Source: a virus
Virus record (IMG/VR): IMGVR_UViG_3300046535_001869
Coordinates: 32,001 to 96,000 of that record
Strand: one strand, 5' to 3'
Length of the DNA: 64,000 nt
In this document: one piece after another, positions 54,361-63,046 of the stretch
How positions within the stretch are numbered: the first letter of the stretch is position 1
How the letters are laid out: every line of letters begins with the position of its first letter
Notes under the pieces: model-generated
Seen by the model: the letters and a program-made list of their open reading frames with translations, nothing else
What the model was told of the DNA's origin: nothing
Database searches by the model: none
Made by a program: the position numbers and the translations under genes

Positions 54361-54441
54361 TCATAAAATTTATGAAATAGAGTGTCGGTCGTTTTGTTTC
54401 CACTTGACAGCACCGCTCTGGGTGAATGAGACTCTCGCTTC

Positions 54442-55050
54442 ATGATAGATCTTGATCTACCGTGGCGCGCTCTTGGTATTCAGCCCAGATCCGAGATTGC
54501 TGTATCGGGATTCATTAGTGATCTCGATTTTATTTGTTATTGTCCGAGTTATAAGATGGTCATGGTTCACCGTGGTAAGAAACGCGAAACAGTTGTTCCG
54601 TTTATTCATTCTTATATTTTTGTCAGATTTGGCTTTGATGCTATAACGTGGCATCAGATGATGAATATTGTTGGGGTCAATCGGATACTTCTTGGTCGAG
54701 TTGCTGAGGAGGAAATTTTGCAGTTGCGTCATCAGGTTGGTGATGGAACTGGGGTGCTCAGTTATGAGGTGAGAAAGATTTTTCGGAGGATTAATGTCGG
54801 CGATCGAATAACCCTGTGCAATGGGGTATTCGCAGGAACAGATGGCGTTGTCGAAACTGTCGATGATGAGCTCCAGGTCGGGGGTATAAATATCTCTTTA
54901 CTTGGTCGAGAGATCGTGGTAAACCAACCTCTGGCTTGGTGTGAGAAGAGTGCTCCGGCCACTGATGGTGGACCTGGAACCCGCTCCCGTAAGCGCCATA
55001 GGAATGGTCGTTTACGAAGTCCTTATGTGAATCTTGGTTCACAGGCTTAA
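54442..55050 (+). CDS. NusG/RfaH-family transcription antiterminator
   Basis: NGN PFIHSYIFVRF; KOW VGDRITLCNGVFAGTDGVV...LLGRE; first gene of the late arm. Confidence 0.8.
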   Translation: MIDLDLPWRALGIQPRSEIAVSGFISDLDFICYCPSYKMVMVHRGKKRETVVPFIHSYIFVRFGFDAITWHQMMNIVGVNRILLGRVAEEEILQLRHQVGDGTGVLSYEVRKIFRRINVGDRITLCNGVFAGTDGVVETVDDELQVGGINISLLGREIVVNQPLAWCEKSAPATDGGPGTRSRKRHRNGRLRSPYVNLGSQA

Positions 55051-55059
55051 CATCACCTC

Positions 55060-55965
55060 ATGGCAAAGTTTCCGGACCCTCGGCGGAAGTATAAGCGGGC
55101 TTTCCGACCGCCATCGGCTCCCAGCCCGCGACCATATCGACCGCCGCTCACGCCGCAGCATCTTCGATTCGTCGATGAGTATACGCTGAGCCATGACCTT
55201 GCGATCGCAAGTAAAGCGTCCGGGGTTGATTTCGAGACTGGTAAGTCGCTATTTGCTAAACCGATAATCCAAGCGGCGATTCAGATCGCAAAGCAGCGGT
55301 CGATGCGCCGAACCGAGATCTACACTGATGAGGTCCTCCGTCGCTGGTGGCTCCTCGCTACGGCTGATGCGCGTGAGTTTACGCAGATTCGTCGAGTCAA
55401 CTGTCGCCGCTGTTGGGGTCGAAATCATCAGTATCAGTTCCGCGATAACGAATTAATCGAGGCTGAACTGGAGCATGAGCATACTCAAATTCAACTTGAC
55501 GAAAAACAACGCTATGAATTCAACGATTTAGGTGGTGGAGGTTTTGATGGATTCAAAGATCCTTGCCGAGGTCCGAAGGCGGTATCGCGTCTTTTAAGTC
55601 TCGGTGTTGATGTTGAAGCAACATCTGAGCATGATTGCCCAGCATGCGACGGCCTTGGCGAAGTCACAGTGTGGGTCAATGATTCGCGTAATTATTCGCC
55701 GGGTGCTGTGCTGCTTTACGATGGAGTGAAGGTTTCAAAAGAAGGTTCAGTCGAGATCAAGCATCGCGACCGCGATGAGGCGATGAAGATGGTAGCCCAG
55801 CACCTTGGGATGCTCGTGACCCGCAACGTCAACCTCGAACTGGACCCGACGAAGCTCACCGATGAACAGCTCGATCAGGTCCTTGAACGGTTCGGCCACC
55901 TCGCGGGACGCGAAGATGGCCCTCTTCTTGAGCATGCTCCAGCGGGAGAAGACGCGGCGGGTTGA
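55060..55965 (+). CDS. terS: terminase small subunit (Zn-finger insertion type)
   Basis: LTPQHLRFVDEY HTH; RRVNCRRCWG...CPACDGLG; LAQHLGM-like segment; lies upstream of terL. Confidence 0.8.
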   Translation: MAKFPDPRRKYKRAFRPPSAPSPRPYRPPLTPQHLRFVDEYTLSHDLAIASKASGVDFETGKSLFAKPIIQAAIQIAKQRSMRRTEIYTDEVLRRWWLLATADAREFTQIRRVNCRRCWGRNHQYQFRDNELIEAELEHEHTQIQLDEKQRYEFNDLGGGGFDGFKDPCRGPKAVSRLLSLGVDVEATSEHDCPACDGLGEVTVWVNDSRNYSPGAVLLYDGVKVSKEGSVEIKHRDRDEAMKMVAQHLGMLVTRNVNLELDPTKLTDEQLDQVLERFGHLAGREDGPLLEHAPAGEDAAG

Positions 55966-57451
55966 GGGGAGGCCGCTGCCGAATCTAGACCAAAATTGGG
56001 CTAGATCCTACGCCGGCCGCGCATCAGACTTCATCGGGGAGTTGATAGGCCCGCCCTGGCTAACCGATGACTGGTTGGCCTGGCGAGCTTTTATTAAGAC
56101 GTTATTTGGCGAATACTTGTACGATGAAGAACTGCAAGTATACCGCAAATGTACGGGCCTAGATGGTCCACCCCTTGGGCGCCAGCGCGAGGCGTGGCTG
56201 CCGGTCGGGCGTCGCGGCGGGAAGAGCCGGATGCTCGCTGCTATAGCGGTTCATCTCGGTTGCTGCTATGATTGGACACAGTATCTCTCCCCCGGAGAGA
56301 TGGGCCACGTGTTTATCGTTGCGGATCAATTGAAGCATACAACGCCGATTCTCCACTACGTCAAGGGCTTCCTGTTCAGCCACCCGAAACTCACGAAGCT
56401 AGTCGCGAAGCCTCTTGTCGAGTCTGTTGAGCTAATAGGCCAGATTAAGATCGAGGGTGTGGCAGCCTCGATCGAGGCAGTGCGGTCGAAAACAGTCGTC
56501 GCGGCGCTTCTTGATGAGATCGCGTTCTGGCAGCCGGATGAGACGCAGGCCAACCCGGACGTCGAGGTCATAAATGCCCTCCGTCCGGCGATGCTGACGA
56601 TCCCGAACGCTACCCAGCTCGCCGCCTCCTCGCGCTACGCGCGCAAGGGTGCGCTGTGGAACGCCTTCCGTGATTACCACGGCCGTGCCGAAGGTCCGCT
56701 GGTCTGGTCGGCCGACACCGTGACGATGCACCCGAGCGTTGACCAGGATTTCATCGCGGCGGAGTACGAGAAGGACCCGCTGGCCGCCGCGGCCGAGTAC
56801 GGCTTGGAGTGGCGCTCCGACGTCGCAGCGTTCGTCACGAGGGAGATCGTCGAGGCGACGGTCCCAGTTGGCGTCTTCGAGCGTGTGCCCCAGCCCGGCG
56901 TCGTCTACAAGGCGTTCACCGATCCTTCTGGTGGGTCGGCCGATTCGTTCACGCTGGCCATCGGCCACAAGGACTGGGCGACGGGCCGGGGGATACTAGA
57001 CGTGGTGCGCGAGGTAAGGCCTCCGTTCGGCCCCGAGTCGGTCGTGGGGGAGTTTGCGGAGCTGCTACGGTCGTACCGGATCGGCGAGGTGATGGGAGAT
57101 CACTATGCGGGTGAATGGCCTCGAGAGCAGTTCCGCAAGGTCGGGATCAATTACAACCTCTCCGAGGACGCAAAGTCCAGGATCTACCAGGGGTGGCTAC
57201 CCCTACTCAATAGCGGTAAAGTTGAGCTCCTCGACCTTCCACGTCTCGTGCTACAGGCCTGCGGTCTCGAACGAAGGACGAGCCGCGTCGGTAAGGATAC
57301 GATCGATCACGCCCCCGGCGGCCACGACGACGTGGTCAACGCCGTGGCCGGTGTGCTACGGCTTGTGACGGACATCGCTCAGCCGATCGTCGTCTCGAAC
57401 GAGGCGCTGATGATGAGCCGGGCGCGGGCGGCTGGGGGGATGAGGCGTTAG
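55916..57451 (+). CDS. terL: terminase large subunit
   Basis: GRRGGKS Walker A, LLDEIAFW Walker B, TDPSGG and HDD nuclease motifs; start uncertain (55862, 55916 or 55934). Confidence 0.88.
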   Translation: MALFLSMLQREKTRRVEGRPLPNLDQNWARSYAGRASDFIGELIGPPWLTDDWLAWRAFIKTLFGEYLYDEELQVYRKCTGLDGPPLGRQREAWLPVGRRGGKSRMLAAIAVHLGCCYDWTQYLSPGEMGHVFIVADQLKHTTPILHYVKGFLFSHPKLTKLVAKPLVESVELIGQIKIEGVAASIEAVRSKTVVAALLDEIAFWQPDETQANPDVEVINALRPAMLTIPNATQLAASSRYARKGALWNAFRDYHGRAEGPLVWSADTVTMHPSVDQDFIAAEYEKDPLAAAAEYGLEWRSDVAAFVTREIVEATVPVGVFERVPQPGVVYKAFTDPSGGSADSFTLAIGHKDWATGRGILDVVREVRPPFGPESVVGEFAELLRSYRIGEVMGDHYAGEWPREQFRKVGINYNLSEDAKSRIYQGWLPLLNSGKVELLDLPRLVLQACGLERRTSRVGKDTIDHAPGGHDDVVNAVAGVLRLVTDIAQPIVVSNEALMMSRARAAGGMRR

Positions 57452-57658
57452 CTACGACGCTCTGTACCGAGCTGGATCCTTCCAGTCGGCGGCGTCGGCG
57501 CAACCCGCGAGGTATTCCTGCGCAGCGTCATCGGCTGAGGTATCAGTCTCGATGCCTGGATTATCGATGACGAAGCGAGCAGCCTCGGTCAGAGGATTAG
57601 GTAGACCGGCCTCCGAGAGGTAGGTCGCTAGGCGAAGAATGAAATTGTCGGTGGTCAT
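57452..57658 (-). CDS. hypothetical acidic protein (antisense cassette, gene 2)
   Basis: ATGA-coupled start at 57658. Confidence 0.6.
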   Translation of the reverse strand: MTTDNFILRLATYLSEAGLPNPLTEAARFVIDNPGIETDTSADDAAQEYLAGCADAADWKDPARYRAS

Positions 57659-57897
57659 TTCCGCAACTGAGGGTAATAACCGCGCCAATCGTCGGCGCAC
57701 AGCTTAGCGGTCGAGAGAGCCGACTGCCAGTATTCATCCGAGTACCATTCGCCGCCAGTTTCGTTCATCGTGTCCCCGGCGTTGGTCTCGGCGCTGCATT
57801 CGATGTGCCAACGCAGATCACCGTAGTTGTCGCGACCGGCGATTGAGGTATCGATCGCTGCGATGAAGTTCTGGTAGGCTCGTTCTGCGTTGGTCAT
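57655..57897 (-). CDS. hypothetical protein (antisense cassette, gene 1)
   Basis: CCGAGGAACTGCCTCATG leader. Confidence 0.65.
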   Translation of the reverse strand: MTNAERAYQNFIAAIDTSIAGRDNYGDLRWHIECSAETNAGDTMNETGGEWYSDEYWQSALSTAKLCADDWRGYYPQLRK

Positions 57898-57924
57898 GAG
57901 GCAGTTCCTCGGTTAGTAAGGACG

Positions 57925-57953
57925 ATTATCGCCCGTCCGCGCACGAAAGTAAA
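57925..57953 (-). promoter_or_regulatory. phage promoter, copy 11 (TTTACT-17-GATAAT), antisense within the late arm
   Basis: Repeat-family match. Confidence 0.75.
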
Positions 57954-57981
57954 CTACTTTTTCTCCAAATCGCGCAGAAAA

Positions 57982-58716
57982 ATGGAGACAGCGACGCCCC
58001 TTTTAGACACCCTCCGCCGCGACGGCATCGCCCGCGTCTACCCGCCCCTCGGCGCCGGCCCGGCGGCCGAGCTCGCCGCGTACCTGCGCGCCGCGCCGTG
58101 CTACCCGGGCCACGTGCGCGTGTACGGCGACGGGGTCGCGCGGTCGTGGGATGTTACCTCGGAGATATGTGACGTCTGGTGCCATTCCTTGGAGACGATC
58201 GTCCTGGCGCCCCATCTCTGGGACCTGGCGATTGGCCTCCTCCCGGCCGCCGCGCGGTACCTCGACGCCCCACCACGGCTCTATTCGATGAATGCCTTCT
58301 GGTCGCGCGCGTCCGCTACCGAGCCGATGCTTGACCTCCAGACCTGGCATCGCGACCGCGACGACGATAAGTTCCTCGCGCTGTTCGTCTACGGGACCGA
58401 CGTGCTATGCGAGGAGGACGGACCGCACCGGTTTATGATCGGGACCCACGACCCGAAGTGCGTGATGGCGAACTACGGACCTCCGGTCTTCGGCCCTGCC
58501 GGCACGACCTTTCTCGCCGACACGCGCGGCCTTCACATGGGGGTGAAACCAACGAGCCGCGAGCCACGCCTAATCGTCTGGGCGCGTTACGGCATCTCCG
58601 AGCGCCCGTGGGCCTACGGGCAGGATCAACTGGCGCCGGTCGCGGCAGCGCGACTCGGGGATCGCTATCCACCGGACGCGGCGACGCGGAAGATGGTGGA
58701 GCTCGTCGCGGCGTGA
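57982..58716 (+). CDS. Fe(II)/2-oxoglutarate dioxygenase (PhyH-like)
   Basis: WHRD (HxD), DGPH..GTH, GPAGT.FLADT.GLH, distal R. Confidence 0.75.
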   Translation: METATPLLDTLRRDGIARVYPPLGAGPAAELAAYLRAAPCYPGHVRVYGDGVARSWDVTSEICDVWCHSLETIVLAPHLWDLAIGLLPAAARYLDAPPRLYSMNAFWSRASATEPMLDLQTWHRDRDDDKFLALFVYGTDVLCEEDGPHRFMIGTHDPKCVMANYGPPVFGPAGTTFLADTRGLHMGVKPTSREPRLIVWARYGISERPWAYGQDQLAPVAAARLGDRYPPDAATRKMVELVAA

Positions 58717-61421
58717 AGTCCGCCACCGTAACCCGACTCCCCGGGACCCGGCGCCAGCGCGCCGCGAAGGCAGCTCCGTCGATCTCGCAGCAGGCGGTCG
58801 ATACCTCAGCCCAGCGGCGCCAGCGGCGCGTCGACCCGTTCGCGATGCCCCACCATCCGCCCGGCGTGATCCCCGCGGGCGAGGGTGGTTCGAAGATCGC
58901 CCAAGATTCCGCGATAGACGAGGCTTGGGTCTGGGCGCAGCAGTCGTTCATCAACAGCGCGGTCGCCGAGGGCACGACGTTCCTCGGCTACGCCGCGCTC
59001 TCGATCTTGGCCCAGCGCGCCGAGTACCGCGTCATCTCCGAGGAGATCGCCTCCGAGATGGTCCGCGAGTGGATAGAGCTGAAGGCGGTCGGAGACGAGG
59101 ACAAGACCGAGCGGATCGCTCAGCTCAACGCTGAGATGGAGCGGCTCGATGTCCGCGCGGCGTTCGAGCGCGGCGGCGCGGTCTACGACGGACTCTTCGG
59201 CCGCGGCCACGTCTACCTGGATACAGGTGACTCGGACGATCGCGACGAGCTGAAGACCCCGATCGGCGACGGGTGGAACTTGATGAGCCGGTCGAAGATT
59301 GGGCTCGAGGGCCACAATGGCAGGACTGAGACTAAAAAGATCCTCGCCCTGCGCCCGGTCGAACCCGTCTGGTGCTATCCGACGACGTACGATTCCAACG
59401 ACCCGCTGAAGCCAGACTGGTATTGCCCGACGACGTGGCACGTTATGGGGAAGGAGGTCCACGTCTCGCGCCTGCTGACGTTCATCGGTCGTGAGGTTCC
59501 TGACCTGTTGAAGCCCGCCTACTCCTTCGGCGGCCTCTCGATGTCCCAGATGGCCAAGCCGTACATCGACAACTGGCTGCGCACGCGCCAGTCGGTCAGC
59601 GACAAGGTGGCCTCGTTCAGCGTCCGCGGGATCAAGACCCCTGGCCTGGCGGCCTCGCTCAGCGCCGGGGGCGACCTAATCTACAAGCGCGCCGAGATCT
59701 TCAACAACATGGTCCAGAACTCCGGGCTGATGCTGCTCGACAGCACCAACGAGGAGTTTTTCGAGGTCGCGACGCCGCTCGGCGGGCTCCATGAGCTCCA
59801 AGCGCAAGCGCAGGAGCACATGGCTTCTGTGAGCAGAATACCTCTTGTCAAGCTCCTGGGCATCACCCCGTCCGGCCTGAACACCTCGACCGAGGGCGAG
59901 ATCCGCTCGTTCTACGACTGGATTGCTAGCTTCCAGGAGCACCTGTTTCGCAAGAACCTCCACGCGGTCATCGGGTTCCTCATGCTCGGGCTGTGGGGAG
60001 AGGTGGACCACGGGATCAAGTTTGAGTTCAAATCCTTGTGGCAATTGGACGAGGCGGCCCAGGTCGCGGTTGAGAAGACCAAGACAGACATCGACGACGC
60101 GAATGTCGCGATGGGTTCGGTCAGTCCCGAGGAAGTTCGCAAACGGATCGCTCAGGATCCATCCTCGACCTATGCCGGCCTCGACCTCGACCCGGACGAG
60201 CTCCCCGAGCCGCCCGGCGGCGAGATGGAGATGGGCGAGCCAGGATCGGAACTGATGGGCCATAATGGCGGCCCAGAGCTGAACGACGAGGGTGAGGTTC
60301 GCTCCCCACCGTCGCCTGGTGCCCCAAAGGGCGCGATCCCCGGCGCACGCAACCCGCGTGATAACTCGCTGTCCGTTACCTCGCGCGCCGGCAACCTCGC
60401 CTCCCCGACCGGTGGGTTCGGCGGTGATTCTTTAGCTGAGGAGGTTCATGTCTATCTTGAGGCTGTAAACGACTCCCGTCACGCTAATGACAAGTGGAAT
60501 GAGAGCGACCATCCTCGAGGCAATCCCGAGAACTCCGGCGAATTTACCTCAGGAGGCGGTGGCGGTAAAACAAGTCATCTTCATCCATCAGAAGGCAGCG
60601 GAAAAGAACGCACCGCGGTTGGTGGTGGGGGCCTTCCAGAACATATCGTTAGTCTGGCGATACCCCCTGCATGGACTGACGTGAAATACAGTTCGGATCC
60701 AAAAGCCGACCTTCTGGCGGTTGGTCGTGATGCAAAAGGCCGCGAACAGCGAATATACTCGGATGCATACCACGCGGCCCAGGCTGAGGCTAAGTTTCGA
60801 CGAATCTCCGAACTGAGTGACAAGTTCAAAGATATCAAAGCGCAGAACGAGGAGCTGCGGAAATCGCCCGATAAACGTGTCCGTGATTCTGCTGACTGCA
60901 CAGCCCTAATCATGTCGATGGGTATCCGTCCTGGCGGGGAATCGGATACTGGCGCCGATAAGTACGCTTATGGTGCGACGACGCTCAAAGGCGAGCACGT
61001 GGTTACCGAATCTGATGGTTCGGTGCGCTTGAAATTTGTTGGCAAGAAGGGCGTTGATCTCGATCTACCGGTCGAGGATCGAGGTCTCGCGCATATGCTG
61101 GTATCCCGGGCACGCAGGGCCGGCGCGAGTGGGCAGATCTTCCCCAGTACGAGCGCCGGTGCACTCCTTGGGCATGTTCACACGTTGGACGGTGGTGGGT
61201 TCAAAACAAAGGATTTTCGGACCCTGCATGGCACCAGAACAGCGATCAAAGAAGTTGCCCGCCAACCGGTACCGAGGTCGGCCTCGGCCTATAAGAAAGC
61301 CGTGCGATCAGTCGCGGCAGCGGTTGCAAGAACATTAGGCAATACCCCGACAGTCGCGCTACAATCATACATCAACCCCGTTGTTTTTGCCCGATGGAGA
61401 TTGGCAAGTGGCGCAGCATGA
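58713..61421 (+). CDS. DUF1073-type portal protein fused to a type IB DNA topoisomerase domain
   Basis: Portal: FLGY..LS.LAQRAEYR, VHVSRL, YSFGGLSMSQ, RIPLVKLLGITPSGLN. TopIB: AIPPAW, GRDAKGR.Q..Y, IRPG, FVGKKG, KDFRT, LGNT, SYINP. No stop between the two; GTGA start at 58713. Confidence 0.88.
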   Translation: MKSATVTRLPGTRRQRAAKAAPSISQQAVDTSAQRRQRRVDPFAMPHHPPGVIPAGEGGSKIAQDSAIDEAWVWAQQSFINSAVAEGTTFLGYAALSILAQRAEYRVISEEIASEMVREWIELKAVGDEDKTERIAQLNAEMERLDVRAAFERGGAVYDGLFGRGHVYLDTGDSDDRDELKTPIGDGWNLMSRSKIGLEGHNGRTETKKILALRPVEPVWCYPTTYDSNDPLKPDWYCPTTWHVMGKEVHVSRLLTFIGREVPDLLKPAYSFGGLSMSQMAKPYIDNWLRTRQSVSDKVASFSVRGIKTPGLAASLSAGGDLIYKRAEIFNNMVQNSGLMLLDSTNEEFFEVATPLGGLHELQAQAQEHMASVSRIPLVKLLGITPSGLNTSTEGEIRSFYDWIASFQEHLFRKNLHAVIGFLMLGLWGEVDHGIKFEFKSLWQLDEAAQVAVEKTKTDIDDANVAMGSVSPEEVRKRIAQDPSSTYAGLDLDPDELPEPPGGEMEMGEPGSELMGHNGGPELNDEGEVRSPPSPGAPKGAIPGARNPRDNSLSVTSRAGNLASPTGGFGGDSLAEEVHVYLEAVNDSRHANDKWNESDHPRGNPENSGEFTSGGGGGKTSHLHPSEGSGKERTAVGGGGLPEHIVSLAIPPAWTDVKYSSDPKADLLAVGRDAKGREQRIYSDAYHAAQAEAKFRRISELSDKFKDIKAQNEELRKSPDKRVRDSADCTALIMSMGIRPGGESDTGADKYAYGATTLKGEHVVTESDGSVRLKFVGKKGVDLDLPVEDRGLAHMLVSRARRAGASGQIFPSTSAGALLGHVHTLDGGGFKTKDFRTLHGTRTAIKEVARQPVPRSASAYKKAVRSVAAAVARTLGNTPTVALQSYINPVVFARWRLASGAA

Positions 61422-61620
61422 AGAAGATCAAGATCAGTTACCGGAAATTCATTTCGGCACCGCAACTGCTAAGCCGACCGTGAACTGGCGGGATGAGGAG
61501 TTCGACGATCCGGATCCTGATGATGACGAGGAACTAGCCGAAACCCCGGCCGATGTGATTAGCATGCTGGGATTTGATCCCCTGGACGACGAGCCGGATG
61601 AGTCTTCACGTTCACTTTAG
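61408..61620 (+). CDS. small highly acidic protein
   Basis: GGAGA RBS, GTG 61408; DDPDPDDDEELAETPADVISMLGFDP. Confidence 0.65.
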   Translation: MAQHEEDQDQLPEIHFGTATAKPTVNWRDEEFDDPDPDDDEELAETPADVISMLGFDPLDDEPDESSRSL

Positions 61621-63046
61621 AAGCTCGATCGATCCTGGCCGAGCTCGCCGGTTCGCTGGTCTACTTCAAAACCATGTCGGAGTCTTAGAGGAAGGCAAAT
61701 ATCTCCGTGATCCCGCCGGCACGCTATGGCGGGTGCGTGAGGTCCGCCGGGTTGTGGCGCTGGCACACGACGGCCTGGCAATGGATGAGATCTCCTGGAA
61801 AGAGGAGGAGCATCCCAGGGCGAAGAACGGCGAGTTCGCTAAGTCCTCCGAAGTTAGCCAGCACATAAAGGGCACACTCAAGACTGCCGGATATACTCCT
61901 TCCAAGTTCGGCGGGTATTATCATTCATCTGGTCACCATGTAAGAATTATGTCCCCCGAGGGCGGGCAGAAACTGTCCTCAATCTGGGAGCACCGGCATG
62001 GGGGGACAAACAAGTTTGCCCACGGTTTCGGTTCGCCGAGTTTGTTGGCATATTTAGACAAAATCAAAAAACAGCCCGAGGCGAAGACTGAGACTCCAAA
62101 GGTCGAGCCAAAGGTCGAGGCTGAGATCTCGAAGACCGCGATAAAGCTTCCAAAGAAGCCTGGCCCCATCACCTCGCCCTCGAATGCGCATAATCAGAAG
62201 CATCTCGATACGTTAGAGGCACTGGCCCTCGCAGGGAAGTGGGACGCGCTCCTCGCGTACAAGAACAAGCTGAAGGGGAGTAATGGCTACGCAAGAATGA
62301 TCCAGAAGTACGGCGACGAGTTGCTTGCTGCCCGGTCGCAGACCGGGGAGGTCACGAAGAACGAACTGAAAACCACGCAATCGTACGAAGATGGATTAGA
62401 GTTCCACGCGACAGATACTGTTAGTGAACTCTTTCAATCTCGTGTGAAAACTACGTGGAGTATGTTACCCGAAAGCGTGAAGAGTGCGGTCGTAAAAAAC
62501 GGCACGCAGGTTCGCATGGGATTTTCTACAACGGAGGTAATGCCACATCTTAAAGATATGGCACCAAGAGGTTGGCCCAAGGGGAGCACCTGGGACATGG
62601 CGGAGGGACTTTATAGTCCATCTATAAACTCCGTAGTAGTGTCTGAAAATCTCTATGATAGAAGTCTCCGGGAATTTATTCCAACGCCTCGCGCCAAGGC
62701 GGTATTACGGCACGAAATAGGTCATGCATACGATCGTGCTTTGGCGAATAGTACAGATCCAGGGGTCGAGTATTCTCAGTCGCAGAAGTTCCGCGAAGAC
62801 TATAATGATGATTACAACGCAATGGATTTGAAGGCTGGTAGATATTCTGGAATAGGTTATTATCTGCAAGAGGGCAATGCTGGACCGTCCGAGACATTCG
62901 CTGAGATAACTGCCCAAGTTATGGCAGAAGTGGGAAGCGAAGGGGTCCTTGGGACCGGTGGCTCTAGTCTAGTGTTTTTAAAGGACTGGTTTCCAAAGAC
63001 ATATGCACACATAAAAACCCTAATCATTGGAGAGACCGAGGCGTGA
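61598..63046 (+). CDS. putative virion-associated protein with C-terminal anthrax-lethal-factor-like zinc metallopeptidase domain
   Basis: WKEEEHPRAKNGEF tag; GLY...LRHEIGHAYD...SQKF...Y...SETFAE. Confidence 0.75.
   Translation: MSLHVHFRSSIDPGRARRFAGLLQNHVGVLEEGKYLRDPAGTLWRVREVRRVVALAHDGLAMDEISWKEEEHPRAKNGEFAKSSEVSQHIKGTLKTAGYTPSKFGGYYHSSGHHVRIMSPEGGQKLSSIWEHRHGGTNKFAHGFGSPSLLAYLDKIKKQPEAKTETPKVEPKVEAEISKTAIKLPKKPGPITSPSNAHNQKHLDTLEALALAGKWDALLAYKNKLKGSNGYARMIQKYGDELLAARSQTGEVTKNELKTTQSYEDGLEFHATDTVSELFQSRVKTTWSMLPESVKSAVVKNGTQVRMGFSTTEVMPHLKDMAPRGWPKGSTWDMAEGLYSPSINSVVVSENLYDRSLREFIPTPRAKAVLRHEIGHAYDRALANSTDPGVEYSQSQKFREDYNDDYNAMDLKAGRYSGIGYYLQEGNAGPSETFAEITAQVMAEVGSEGVLGTGGSSLVFLKDWFPKTYAHIKTLIIGETEA

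Noticed and set aside
58407-58712. Track start of the 1004-aa portal ORF
   Set aside because: It overlaps the dioxygenase gene in another frame. The GTGA-coupled start at 58713 is more plausible.
58713-60200. Calling the DUF1073 region an anti-CBASS Acb1 nuclease
   Set aside because: No paired HxT/S 2H-phosphoesterase motifs were seen. The position after terL and the motifs fit a portal.
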